Of a stretch of DNA of 61,336 nt, positions 42,121-55,483 are shown in pieces. The notes under the pieces were generated by a model. It worked only from the letters and a program-made list of their open reading frames with translations. It had not been told where the DNA came from and did no database searches. This DNA is from Ministeria vibrans ATCC 50519. Taxonomy: Eukaryota; Protista; Filasterea. The stretch is taken from NCBI GenBank assembly GCA_943704425.1, contig CALSCP010000173.1, positions 1 through 61,336 on the forward strand. Direction: 5' to 3'. Numbering within the stretch: position 1 is the first letter of the stretch; each line of letters opens with the position of its first letter. The position numbers and the translations under genes were made by a program.

Positions 42121-45100
42121 ATGTCACACGCAGGAGGCCCTGGTCGGGGCCATCGAGTAAAGGACACGAGCAAGCGGCCTGCGGGCATCTGGCGGTGTCC
42201 GTACTCCACATGCTCGTACGAGACGGCGACAAACTCCGCACTGGGCAGTCACGTCCACCGTGGCCACATTACAGTCAGCGAAGACAATCGCATCTTCCGC
42301 GAACAGGTACCCCCATCTCCCCGTGCCCTGCTCCCCCCTTCCTCCCTCTCCCCTTTTTCTTTCCCGTCCTCTTCTCTTGAGCTTTGGTGCAATCCTGAAA
42401 TTGCTCCAAAAAATCTCAGCTAATGCAATATTTGAAAAAAAAAGGGGAGAGGGAGGAAGGGGGGAGCAGGGCACGGGGAGATGGGGNNNNNNNNNNTGTA
42501 CATAAGAATACATGTGCATAAGAATGTATGTACATAAGCGCATGCCTCGCCCCATTGTCTAAAGCAGCGCAATGGGGATCGCATGCTGTGACGCGCCATG
42601 ACGCACTGCGCACCCCCTCCTCGCCCCTCACCCCCCCTCCTCCTCTCTCTCTCTCTCTCTGTGTGTGTGTCTCTCTCCCCTCGGTCTCTCTCGTCGCGTG
42701 TGCAGGCGGCGCGCATGCCGGGCGTTGTCGTCTACCTCGCCTGTCCTTTGCCCGCTTGCGAAAAGAAATTCAAGAACGCCAACGGCCTCAAGTACCACCT
42801 GGTGCACGCCCACACCCACGAGGGACGCTCCGGCCCCGACTCCACCAACCCCGTCGACCAGATTCCCATGCCAATCTTCATTACGCTCGAACAAAGTACG
42901 TTTGGCAAAAATGTTCATTCTCATTCTCTCTCGCATTGGTTGTGTGGCAACCACAACCATGCCACCACACGCCGCTTGGCCCACACGCTCACAGACTCAC
43001 CCACACACATTCTCTCGCCCTTGTCGCTGCCCATTCTCCCTTGCTTGCTCATTTTTTTCTTCTTTTTGTTGTAGCACACGAATTGTGCGATAGCCGCGAC
43101 GGCTGTCCCGTCTGCTGCCAACCCTTTTCGGCATCCACCAGTACTCGCTGTAGCGAGTGTGACGTTGTCTACCACATCTGGTGTCTGGTCGAACCCACCG
43201 CAAACTGTCCCAAGAGCCCATGGCGCTGCGACGCCTGCGTCATCTGTGACCCGACCCCTCTGCCCGAGACGCACCATCTCTATCGCCAGCAGCAGCAGGT
43301 CATGCTTCAGCAACAGCAGCAACAACAACGACAGCTTGCACCCTCCCAACAGCATCAACATGACCACCAGCAGCAGAACATGCTCATGCAACAGCAGCAA
43401 CAGCAAAATATGTACTACCAGCAGCAACAACAACAGCGCTACCTACATGACATGCAAGACCCCTTTGGTCCAATGCAGGTGCTTCACGAATCCCCCCAGG
43501 TACCCGCTCTCGCCGGCGTTGTTCCATCACTCTCCTCCCGGTCCAGCACCGTGTCGCTCCACCACCAGCACGTCCCGGCACGCGCCGCCGCTGTCAAGGC
43601 CTCCCAGGCCATCTACTCGGCCGCCGCTGCAATCAACCCAAGCCCCGCCCGCGCCACGTCAAGCACGGGTCGTCCCCTGGGTCGCCCCCCTGGTCCCGCT
43701 CGTCCCAAACCCCCTCCCACCCACCACCATCACCCTCAACAGACGCGCTCCTCCTCTCACGACCCCTCTTCCCGCCACCACCACCATCACCACCATCACT
43801 ATCGCAATGGCAACGACGGCACCGCCATCATTGTCAACTACCAGCCAAGCACAGTCACGACCGAGCTTGAACAGCGTCTTTGTCAGATCATGCACGACGG
43901 ACTGTGCATTCGCTGTCATCAGGGCGTCAACGAATCCCAGCTGCTCCTCTGCGACGGCAACTGTGGCATCTCCATGCACACCTACTGCTGCGCCCCGCCC
44001 CTCACCGCAGTCCCATCGGGCGACTGGCTCTGCTTTCGCTGCCTCCGCCAGGCTCGTCGACGCAAAGGCGACCCCGTCTGCGGCCCCACCGAACCCTACA
44101 CCATCGACAACATCTGGCCCATGCCCTTCACTCCCCCCTGGGCCCCCGCCGAAGAACCCCCACGCGTCCACAAGAAGAAACGCCTCGAATCCCCCCACTC
44201 CCCAAACACCCTTGCTCTCCCTCCACGTTCCTCTTCGCATCACAACCCACACCCCGATCATCAGCAGCAGCAACATCATGAGAGTACCCTTGCAGCATCC
44301 CTCAACGCCGCTTCGCCTCCCGACATTCTCGCAAGCGTCTTTCCTGCACTTCCACGTCGTGCCGCGCTCGCCGTGCGCTCTTACGCTGAACAACATAGCG
44401 ACGATGACAATGACCACGACGACGACCGTGACGAGGACGTCGGTGTCGATGTCACCGAGGCCTACACCACCCTCTCGTCCTCCTGGCCCATTGTCGACAA
44501 TGTCGACCTCGACGCTGTCATCCACCACACCTCAAACTCCAACCCTTCCGATATTCTCTCCTCAGCCTATTCATTGCCTCGTCGCGCTGCCGCTGCCGTC
44601 ACCTCCTACGTCGAAGACAGCGACGACGACGACGTAGCCGCACACGATCCTATCCTGAGCAGTGTTGTGCGCGACGTCGCTCTTGATCTCACCGACGAAG
44701 ACTATGCTCACCAGCTGATGGACGTTGAGCGTCCCGGCACACGCAACTCATCTCGTCGCACCACTCACAACAACAACCACAACAACAGTACCAATAGTAA
44801 TATCAATCTTTCATCGTCGTTGATGGCCGCCGCATCCGTCATGCAAACCTCATCATTCGAGCCCAACACTCGCCCGCGTCCCTTTGAGCCCCGTTCGCTG
44901 CTCGCCACCAACGCCGACTCGACCTACGACGTGTGGCAAGAGGGCGCCAAGGCGGCCGTTGCACGCGCCCTTCAATACGCTCAGGTGGAAGATAGGCGCA
45001 CCGCGTTGCTGCAGTCGCTCAGTGTTGCCGATGCGCCTTCACGTCGTCGCTCCACCACGTCCGCCGTGGCTCTAAGCGATTGGATGCCCTCGTGGCACTT

Positions 45101-45558
45101 TTTTGCACCGCTCATGGAAACAACACGCGAGCGTGTCCATCGTGCACTCAACAGCGAACTGCCCGTGCTATGTCACGCAAATGTGCGCAGTGGTGCTGTC
45201 ACCCGACTCAACATGCTCGAGACATTTGTGTGCGACGACGAGACCGAGCTCCTTCTCAACGTTTGTGGCACCGTCACTGCCTTTGAGTGGTGCCCGTCGC
45301 CCGCCGACGCTGCTGTGCAATACTTTGCCTGTGCCGTTGACACTCAGCGCAATGCCGATATGCCCTCTGAGATCCCTGCCGCCGCCCAGTCATCGTCGCG
45401 TCGCAAACAAGCGCAGCAGAAGCGACGCGAGCGTGGCATTAATCGTAACGGGAAGCGACGCAGACGCAACGAAGACAGCAACGGTGAGTATGAAGAGGAC
45501 GACGGTGACAACGACGAGGAAGATGTGGCGGAGGAGGAGGGAGCTGACGACGGTGACG

Positions 45559-45592
<34 letters not shown>

Positions 45593-47654
45593 TGGTGATG
45601 AGGATTACTTGGACGCAGAGGATGTCGCTGGCGACACCACTACAGTACCCAATGGTCTTCATGCGAGTCAGCGTGACAAGACCGACGCGCATCACACGCC
45701 CAATGACACAGGGGGAGGTGGCACTTCTCTGCACATGATTCAATTGTGGAATGTCGGGTCACTTCTCGTGGGTGGCGGCACTTGCATCCAACCCCCAGAG
45801 ATGGTAGTGGGACTGGCGCACGAACACGGCCGATGTTTGTCGCTTTCTTGGTGTCCCGTTGACGCCTACTCGCCGCCGGACGAGCAGCTGTCGCTCGACA
45901 CAATGTCTCGTGTGGGTGTACTCGCTGCGTCCTTTGCCGACGGTGCTGTGTGTCTCTATGCCATTCCACATCCGGCCGAGCTTGTCGAGCACTACAAGAC
46001 GCACCATCATGTGCACTACCACCACCAGCAGCGCCAAAAGCACGGTCAGAATGGCGTTCCCTCTACATCGACATTATCTGCAAGCGACACCGCCACTGCT
46101 GCTTCCTTGGACAGCTCAGGCTCGGCAGACGATGGCAAGAAGAAGATACCGCTCGAGGGCACACAGCTGTTCATGGCCCAGCCCATCTGTATTCTCTGCG
46201 AACCCGGTGCGCCCAAGACCACGTCGTTGACCTGGCCCCGCGTGACGCGTGGTCAACCACAAAAGATTGTGTGTGCGCGTGAAGACCACACCGTGTTGCT
46301 GGTGACAATTGTAGGGGCGGGCCACATTGAAACGACCACGCTGGAACACGCCAGTGATACTGCGTCGTCAACGGTCGCCGCGAGTCGCTCGATCACAGTT
46401 GCTGCGGCCAACTCGGCGCCCATTCGGGCGGCCGTGGTGCCACCTGTTGACTGGGCAAAGGTACATGGCGCACTGGCTCAGCAGCAGCGTCACCTGCAGC
46501 AGCTGCAGCAGCAACAGCAACAGTTTGGTCAGGGAGGCACACACCGCACACAGTCGGCTCAGGTGCAACAACAGCAGCTCATGATGGCACGCAAGCAGGC
46601 TGAGGCACAGTCGGCTGCCTCGTCGGCGCTCGAAGTTGCCGAGACACTCACAACGTCGGTGGTCGACACGGACGGTGCGGTGCGCGTGCATCGGGTGCCG
46701 TCGTCGACTGCGGCGCGCATTACCAGCACGCACAGTCTGCACCAGACGCAGGTGGGTGTGCAGCATCGCATGCTTGATACCACTCCCATTGGCTCTGACG
46801 CACTCCTTTGTGGCTTTGAGCGTTACGGTGACAAGGGAGGACTCTATCTTGTCCATGTGGACACCAGCAAGGACTCAACTGGCTATGCGTCCAGCGGCGC
46901 TCAGACGCGACGCACTCTACCCACCTACTGCATCGACAGCCACTCATTTCCTGTGCTCAGCATCTCACACTCGCCCGCCCTCAACGCTGTCGTGTACGGC
47001 ACTGTCTGCGGCTGTGTGCGCTGTGTTCTCTTCAACACAACCAACAACAGTGGCAGCGGCACAATGTCTCCTCCACACCAACAACAACAACCGCAATCGC
47101 CATCCCTACAATCAACATCCTCCAGCGGGCTCACCCTGGCCCCACATGGTCTCGCACGCACTCTGGCGTCCACGCAAGTCGACACTGGCGTCGACGATGT
47201 CATCGCCGCTTCACTCGACTTTACCGTCTCTCCCCAGACCCCATGCGTCCACCTAGCCGAGCTCACCCCGCCACGCTGCTGCTGCCGTGCCCCGCGTGCC
47301 CCGCGCCGCTTCCCTCTCAGCGCCCAAATGATCACAAAGGTAACCAAAATCATATCGGAACAAAGACAGTAAAAACTGCATGTTGATCATTGTGATTGTT
47401 AGGTGTCGTTTAATCCCAATGCGGGTCGTCAGGCGTGGTTTGCCATCTGTGGGGGCAATGGTATTGTGCGTCTCATGCGCATTGACAGTGCCTCACAGTC
47501 AAGTAAGACCCATCACCCACACACACACACACACATATATATATACAAATCACTTACTCACCCACTTCTTCTTTCCCTCCCTCGCTTGGTATATCTGTTA
47601 GGTGAGACAGAGAACAACCAACGCCGCTTTTTGTCGCGTATGTACAAGAAATAA
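42121..47654 (+). CDS. GTF3C2: TFIIIC subunit 2 (GTF3C2/Tfc6)-like WD40 protein with N-terminal C2H2 and two PHD fingers
   Basis: LLNVCGTVTAFEWCP, IQLWNVG, LAHEHGRCLSLSWCP, RVGVLAASFADGAVCLYAIPHP, VSFNPN...WFAICGGNGIVRL; C2H2 CPLPACEKKFKNANGLKYH; PHD C4HC3 twice; exon 1 is separated from the rest by an N gap. Confidence 0.72.
42311..42486. repeat. Perfect 48-bp inverted repeat (42311-42358 / 42439-42486) ending at an N gap
   Basis: Arms are exact reverse complements with an 80-nt spacer. Confidence 0.9.
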
Positions 47655-47774
47655 TCTCTCCCTCCCTTCTGTTACTGAATAAACAAACGAACTATAGTAA
47701 TAATTTTACCAAACACAATCACACACTCTTTCTCTCTCGCTTGCACGCTCACACACTCTCTCTTTTCTGTTGCG

Positions 47775-49065
47775 TTACTCCTTTGACGACTGTGACTGTC
47801 GAAACAATTCGTTTGTGAGCAGTTGATGATCTCTAATGCTCTTTCGCGCGCGTTTCGCGGGTCCCTTTGCGCTCTCGAGTGAGCTGCCCTTTGCTGAGAT
47901 TTTGGGCGCTTTACGTTTGCGCAGAATCGACTTGTTTCGCGACAGTGCACTCGTCAGTTGAGTTACTAACAAAAAATAGATAGTTAGAGAGTGAGAGAGA
48001 GAAACAGTGAGATATATAGAAAGAAACAAAGTGATATGTAGGAGAGAAACAAAAGTGATATATAGAGAACAAAAAAAAAGTAAGAGAAGAAGAATAATAA
48101 TAAGATATCTATATAAGACGAGGCGATTCTCTCTCGTACAGAGGGCGTTTGTCTCCGAAATGGTCTCGGCCAATTGAGTGTCAACCGAACGCATTTCTGA
48201 CGCAGTGCTGTCGTCGTTGTCGTTGTCGTTGTCGCAAACAAGATCAGGGCATGCGGTTGCAAGAGAGTCCACTGCACTTAAAGTTGCTTCAGTGCTGCGC
48301 AGCTGAGCACGCGCACGAGCCAATTGACGGGCGCTCTCTTCGACCTCCTCACGAAGATCGTTGTATCTACACAGGAACATGTTCAATGATGCTTCCCTCC
48401 TTGATCTAGTGTGTAAACTACCTTTCCACTTCAGCAGGATCGTCACGACCGCTCCATCTTCTCGGCAGACGATCAAGGAGACTGAAGAGAAAAGGGAGAA
48501 GTGAGGCGCAAAACACTCTCTGTTTCTCCAATTTCCAACTTACGCGTCTCCTGTGGTTTCTCTTGACCCGTGCTGCTTCTCGCGAACCTGAGCACGAAGT
48601 TCATGTCGCCACGACTGCACTTGGTCCATGAGAATGCGCTGTATTTGTGCGCTGAAGCGAACTCCGTGGTCCAATCGCATTGCGCGGTCAACTGTCAAAA
48701 GCCCCAAAAATAATACTGAGTTGACACCAAAAGAACAAACGTGCACCCTGCGAACCTTTGCCAGTGATCGTCTTTACCACGTGGTGTGGGACAGGTGCGC
48801 CAAAGGTGCTGACAACTTCCTCACTGACAAGAAAAACGATTTCAGTTTGTGAAACAATTTGACACGAAGACGGCCGGGAAAAGGTTAGGCAGCCGCAAAG
48901 AGAGGCCCAACGAGTCAAAGGGATCGGGCTGGGCGTGTTGCATTGGCACGAAAAACAAGGGAAAGTGCCGTACTGTGTCAATTTGATGTTTGCGAGTTTT
49001 CGAAGTTGCTTGTTGATGAAATCATGATCGCGCAACGCCATTTGCCCTTCTTCGTGTTCCGCCAT
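47775..49065 (-). CDS. Coiled-coil protein, possibly inner kinetochore Fta4/Nkp1-like; multi-exon
   Basis: HDFINKQLRKLA; VPHHVVKTIT; GVRFSAQIQRILMDQV; RYNDLREEV...ARARAQL; the pattern resembles Fta4 as I recall it; the gene itself is supported by GT-AG exons. Confidence 0.5.
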
Positions 49066-49208
49066 GACAAAAGGCGTGTTAAGCGCTTCAGGCTGAAAGA
49101 AAGAAACTTAAATTACTTATTACTAATAAATAAAATATTTGGGTTTGACATTTGGTAAGTCAAAAATAATACTAATAATTTATTATCAAAATTGTTTCTC
49201 CCTCTCAC

Positions 49209-50419
49209 ATGAGCGGAGAATGCACGCTCACTGACTGGTGGTCGTTTCTGATCCAGTTTCTTCTTGGACTGACGGCAATCTCATCGCTGTTTGTGAAGCG
49301 CTCGTGCGAGCGCGAGAGCGAACGACGGCCCATGAAGATCTTCCTGCTCGACGCATCCAAGCAGGGCCTCGGCACCTTCTTTGTCCACTTCCTCAACATC
49401 TTTCTGTCGTTTCAGTTTGGGCGCACGCGGGAAGTGACCGACCAATGTGTTTGGTATGAGAGAGAGAGTGTGTGAGAGAGAGAGAGAGAAAAAGCGTTAT
49501 TCAGTCACATCCAATGTGTAACTGTTGTCCGTGCGCGTGTGTCCTCACCGCTGCGTTGTGTCGTGCATTAGGTATTTTGCCAACATCATGTTGGACACGA
49601 TCATTGGAATTCCCACTGTGTGGATCATTATGACTCTCTGTCAGGCGTTAGTCAAAAAGTGTGCACCGCGACTCGACTTGCTCAAGTAAGCACGAGAGGG
49701 GGGGCGGGGGCAGTTAGAGACAGAGACAGACAGAGACAGACAGTGACAAAGAGCGACAGAGACAGACAGAGAGAGACAGACAGAGAAAGTGATTGAGAGA
49801 GAGGGATAGAGACAGACAAAGTGATAGAGAGATAGAATTATTGTGGTGGCTTATTGGTGTGGTGTAGAACGGGAGAGTACGGAGGCTCGTCGCGGCGTCC
49901 GCGTCTGTCGCACTGGGCGGCGCAGTGCACTGTCTACCTGGCCTGTCTGCTTGTCGAGAAATCGCTTGTCTTTGCGCTGCTGATGCTCCCTGTCTTTGGC
50001 CGCATTGCTCGTGCAGCACTCAGCCCCGTCTCGTCAAACCAGAAAGTCGAACTTCTCGTTGTGATGTAAGAAGCACAGAAAGAGGGAGAGAGAGAGACGG
50101 TCTAATTGACTCTCTCGACTTGTTTAGGTATATTGTTCCTGTGACTTCTTCCGTCTTCTTTTTCTGGATCATTGATTGGGTTTTAATGCGCAAGAGTGCT
50201 CATCCTTCTGCTTCCGCCATTGCATATTCTCCCTTGAGAGACGACCGTCAAAGCGAAGGTCCGACAGACCATTGAAGGGAGAATGATCGAACTTATTTTC
50301 TCGCTCGTCTTCTTTTAGTGTCGATGCAACTTGAGACGTTGAATGACGACGAACTGAGCCGTCTCGAAGACGACGACGATGAGGAGGATGATGCTGATGT
50401 AGAGCCCTTTACTTTGTAA
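49209..50419 (+). CDS. STIMATE: STIMATE/TMEM110 (YPL162C-like) multi-pass membrane protein; five exons
   Basis: C-L...FLIQFLLG, RRPMKIFLLDASKQGLG..FVHFLN, CVWYFANIMLDTIIG, GEYG..P..SHWAAQ, ELLVVMYIVP...FWIIDWVLM. Confidence 0.88.
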
Positions 50420-50503
50420 ACAAACTGAACCTAACGACTGTATAATTATTATTATATACCTGTTTTGACATTTTGACTAATTTTGCAATAGTAATTTAAT
50501 TTC

Positions 50504-51448
50504 ATGCTGTTTGTCGTTGCGGCACTGCGGACATGGTTCAGCACAGTCGGCGGCGCTGGCCCACCGCAGAGTGCATTGGCGGACCTTGGGCGAAAGGCGG
50601 ACTCGATAGCGGCGGCAGCAGCGGCGCAGTTCGGCTCGTCGGTGCGGGTGGTCGGCAGTGAGTTCCCGCCCGCCACCTGGTGGACCTGGCTGAAGATGGG
50701 CCGCGTGTCGTTCCAGGTGCGTGCAGGACGCTGTTGCTCGATGCGTCCGGGCGTGGGGGAGCGTGCAGCATCGTGAGGAGTGCGTTTAGTCCTTTCTGAC
50801 TTCTTTGTTGTTCTTTTTTCTTCCTCCGCTCTGCAGCGCGACGGCGGACAAGTCCACCACTATGAAACGGTGGAACGGACAACACGCAGCGGCGATATTG
50901 ACGGCGTAGAAGCGGTGGCGGTGATCAACGCAAAGCCGCTGACGACTCCCGCTGCTCTCTTCCGCGACCCTGACTCGCTCATCCCACTCATTCTCAACTG
51001 GCGACCTCCCATCGGCTGCGCTTCGATTGAAATTCCCGCTGGTCTTGTTGACGAAGGCGAATCAGCAGCAGTGGCAGCCGAGCGTGAGCTTCTCGAAGAG
51101 ACAGGGCTGCACGGCACAGTGTTGCCCGAGCACAGTCGCATCTTTCACGTCTCACCGTGGGTCTCCAACGAGAATGGCCGTTACGTGTTCCTTCGCGTCG
51201 ATCCATGCGATCCTCGAAACGCCACTCCAAGGCAAAACTTAGGAGATGACGAAGTAATAACCTCAGCTCTAAACTCTTAACCCAATTTCCTCTCAAAAAT
51301 TGTGATGGCTTAGAACATTGAGTTGCTCATTGTGCCCGTCAAGGACCTCTCTGCGCGTCTCGAGAAGTACCACGACGACCATGGCTTTGCCATTGATGCG
51401 CGTCTCTACTCCTTTGCTATTGCACTCAGTTTTATCCAACACGAATGA
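50504..51448 (+). CDS. NUDT5: ADP-ribose pyrophosphatase NUDT5/Ysa1-like Nudix hydrolase; three exons
   Basis: YETVERTTR...DGV; WRPPIG..SIEIPAGLVDEGESAAVAAERELLEETG Nudix box; PRQNLGDDE|NIE; AIDARLYSFA. Confidence 0.9.
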
Positions 51449-51513
51449 ATAAAATGTATTGTACATAAATTTTTCACAACTTTTCAACAAAATGCAATGT
51501 CTCTCGCTCTAAT

Positions 51514-51876
51514 CTACATATTGTGATGATGCGATCGAGTCTTCCTGCGTATCGGCGAATCCATCACAGCCGTTCGCAGCCGCTCAGTCTCTCGCATCAC
51601 TTCCAGTGCTATCCCACTCGACAACGGAGCAGACACACCCGAGACACTCATACTACTACTACCACCACTAGTGCTAGCACTACTACGCATACCCCTGCCC
51701 TCCCCCTCCTCCTCCTCCTCATGTACTGTTAATCCCGCTGTGCCGTGTCGCTCTGCTGCTCTTAGAATCGCCCGCGCACTCTCCTCCAGTGTTCCCGACA
51801 GCTCTTGCACCGCCCGTCTGCGTCGTCCCATCTTCCGAATCGCGCTGTCTCGTCTACAAACAGAAAATTTCTTTAA

Positions 51877-51911
<35 letters not shown>

Positions 51912-54900
51912 CTCATAGAGAAAGTCTTCCACTCTCGAACACCACTCATACTCTTCAATCTGCGCCCGAGCACTCTGCAGATCCCGTCGCGTCCGCCCAA
52001 GGCGGCCCCTGAGGCGCTCCACCGCCCGCACTGCCTGCTCGGCAACACGCACAACCAGCGCCCCTTCTCCCTCGTCACCCCCACCACCACCACCACCATC
52101 ATCATCATCCGCGTCATCCGCCACCACCCCGCTTTCTTCTTTTTCTTCTTCTTCTTCCTCCTCTTTCGACGACCCAATGCGTGTGAGCACACGCACTGCC
52201 GTGTGCGCACTCTGTCGCAGCTGCGCCACATCACGCTCTCGCTCACACACATCCCGCTTCCATCCCAACACACACTCTTGGAGTGGTCGCCCTTGCAACA
52301 GCCCACGCACTGCCCCCATCTCCGTCTCAACTTCTCGCTCTCGAGCCGTCCACACCGCTCGCTCCGCCTCCCATTCAGCCAACAAACGCGTGCGCTCTGC
52401 CTCACACATTGTAATAGTCTCTTGTGCCCGCCGCACGCGCTCTACCAACTGCGTCACTGCCTCCTCTCGCGCCGCACTTACCGCCAATGCACGCGACACC
52501 GCCTTCTTTCCATCTCTCACCTGTCTTTCCAACTCCTTCACTTCTCGCTTACTCGCCCCCAACTGCTCATACACCGATTCGAGCAACGACCGCTCCACCA
52601 GCATCTCCCCAAGACGCTCCATCTCCTCCTCGTGGCTTTGGCGCTGCCGCAAAAGCTCATTCTCAACCGCAGCAACTGCAACCACCTGTCGTTGCTGTGC
52701 CTCCGTCAGAGCACGTCGATGCTCCTCCGTCGCCGTGGACACTGCATGTTCATGTTGCGCCCGTTCCACCGCCACAGCTCGTTCCTTCTCCTCTTCCACC
52801 CTTCTCAACTCGCACTTGACCTGTTCCGCCTCAGCACGAACACGCTCCGCCCACTCGTCTCGCACACGAGCAACTTCTTCATCGTGTGCCGATTCAAATT
52901 CACTCCGCATACTCCTCGCCTGCGCATTACACTCAGACCGCACTCGCGCCAACTCAACACTCTGTGCCGCTTCCCACTCTCGCTGCAACTGTTGCACTTC
53001 TTCAACATGCGCGTCGTGCTGCTCCGTTCGCATACGCTCCATTTCTTCTTCAAACTCGCGTCTCATTCGCTCCACTTCTACAACATGCGCGTCGTGCTGC
53101 TCCGTTCGCACACGCTCCACTTGCTCTTCAAACTCGCGTTTCAGCCGCTCCACAACCAATGCATGGGATACTTCACACTCTGATCGCACATGCTCCAGTG
53201 CTTCGGCGTCCGCATTGGCAGCAGAGCCGTCAAGCTCCTCCAGTCGTGCCTGCAGGGCCACCACAAGATCTTCTTGCTCTTCCAATTCGTCGCGCAATCG
53301 CTGTAGCATTTCGTTCTGATCATCAATCACCTGTTGCAGCTGACTCGATCCGCCACCCCGACCACCCAGACGTTTCTTAGTGACCGACGGTCGTTGCGGT
53401 GTCGTCTCTTCGTCCGTCGTCAGAAACACATCGTCTGCACTCAAATGTGCCTCGCTCGGCACACTCATCAGCGATGCATTGGTGCTGTCGTCCCCAAGTG
53501 TCCGGGGGTCCAGCAACTGTCGTCGCAACGACAACTTACCCCCGCTGCCCATCCCTGACAATTCTTTCATATTCTTCTTCAGCCGTGGTCGTGCCAATTC
53601 CACCACCGTCTCGCCCAAGCTACTCGCATCCGCTTCGGCAGCGGTATCATCAGTGCCATTCTCGTCGACAATGTCTTCTTCTTCGCTCCAACTTGGTATC
53701 TCCACATGTTGGTTCTGTCGCAGAAAGACACTGCCAAGCTCATCGCTCCCGTCACTCTCACTCGCATCCGTCTTCTTCTTGTCCTCCTCCCCATCGTCAC
53801 TCCAGCAGGGTATCTCCACATGTTGGTTCTGTCGCAGAAACACATTGCCAAACTCATCACTCCCCTCACTCTCGCTGCCCTCCACTCCTCTTCTTTCCTC
53901 TCCCTCCTCCGCTTCCTCTTCACTCCAACTTGGTATCTCCACGTGTTGGTTTTGCCGCAGAAACACATTGCCAAACTCGTCGCTCGCTTCGCTACTCACA
54001 TCACTGTGTTCACCCTCCTGGCGCCCCATCTCCATCTCTTCCTTCTTTTCCTCCTCCTCCTCCTCTTCGCTCCAGCTGGGAATCTCCACATGCTGATTCT
54101 GGCGCAGAGACACACTTCCAAACTCGTCGCTAGCCTCACTGCTATTGCCACTGTTGTTTCCCTCGCCCTCCTCAGACTCCTCCGGTACAGTCGGTGGGAT
54201 GTCAATGGGAGAGACGCCACGAGTGCTTGCCACTTGCGACTCGTCAGCACTCCACTCGCTCGCTGCGTCGTCACCCTCAATCGTGCCCTCGTCCGATTCG
54301 GAAGGAGGGACCACAAAAAGTGTGGGCGTGTCGCCATCATTCGCCTCATTCATAACTCTGAGCCGATGCGCTTCGTCGTAGATCACCTGCTGTTGCTCTT
54401 GTTGCTGCACACGCAATCGCATCACCATTTCAGTCAGCTGGCGTACTTCCTCTTCGAGTTCTTCTTGTCGCTCCAGTGCCTCACGCTCACGCAATAACGC
54501 ATTTGCAATCACATCATCGACACTGCCACGACGTCGCATGCGTCCCCGACTGCCCATCATCGTACGTGCCTCGTCCAAAGCACCACCACCACCGTTGGTA
54601 GCACTGCCATCCCCCTCCCCATCAAGTTCGCCCCCTTCAACTCCGCCGCCGCCTTCTTGCTGCCTCAGCATCATCATCATTGTCGCCTCCTCGTCCAAGT
54701 CATCCACGCTGTCCTCGCGGTCATTCTGTTCCGTCCGCAACTGCGCACGCAGATCCATCACCAGCTCTTGCAACATCATAATTTGCTCATTGGCCGAAAG
54801 CAACTCGCGCTCCGTCACCGAACTCACCGACGACAATGTTGCGTGTAGCTTCTCCTTGGACATGCTCCCATGACCCGCAGTCGCACCACCCACCACAAGC

Positions 54901-55448
54901 GAATTGCCCAGGATACGTCCCGCTGTCGTGTCGCCATCCGCCGACGCCAGTGCGTCCCTCAGATGCTCAATGGTCTCCAGCAACTGCTCATTCTTCTCTT
55001 CCAACTGCTCCACATGTGCGCGCGCTTCCCCTTCACTCTCCAGCGTCACATCCAGCTTCACGCGCAAGTCGTCCGCCTCCTCCTCAATCGCCTGGTTCTT
55101 CCTCAGTAAATCCTCCAACTGTTCAATGGCATCCGCTTCACGCTTCACTGCACTCTCAAGTTCGCTCCGCAGCACGTCAACCACGTTGAGTGCGTCCGAT
55201 GCCTGTCGCGACAACACGGCAATCTGTGACATGTCGTTCTGCGCACCGTTGCTGTTGTTGTTGTTGTTGTTGCTATTATTATTTACATTTGCTGCCGAAG
55301 TCTCTTCCCACTCGGGCGTCGCTGACATAGCAGGTGTGGCAGCGTGAGGTGTCACTGAGACAGACGGACCTGCGGGTGTTGAGCTACTAGACGACGACGA
55401 TGTGTGGGTGGAGGAGCGACGTAATGGTTGCGGTTGTTCCTGTTCCAC

Positions 55449-55483
<35 letters not shown>

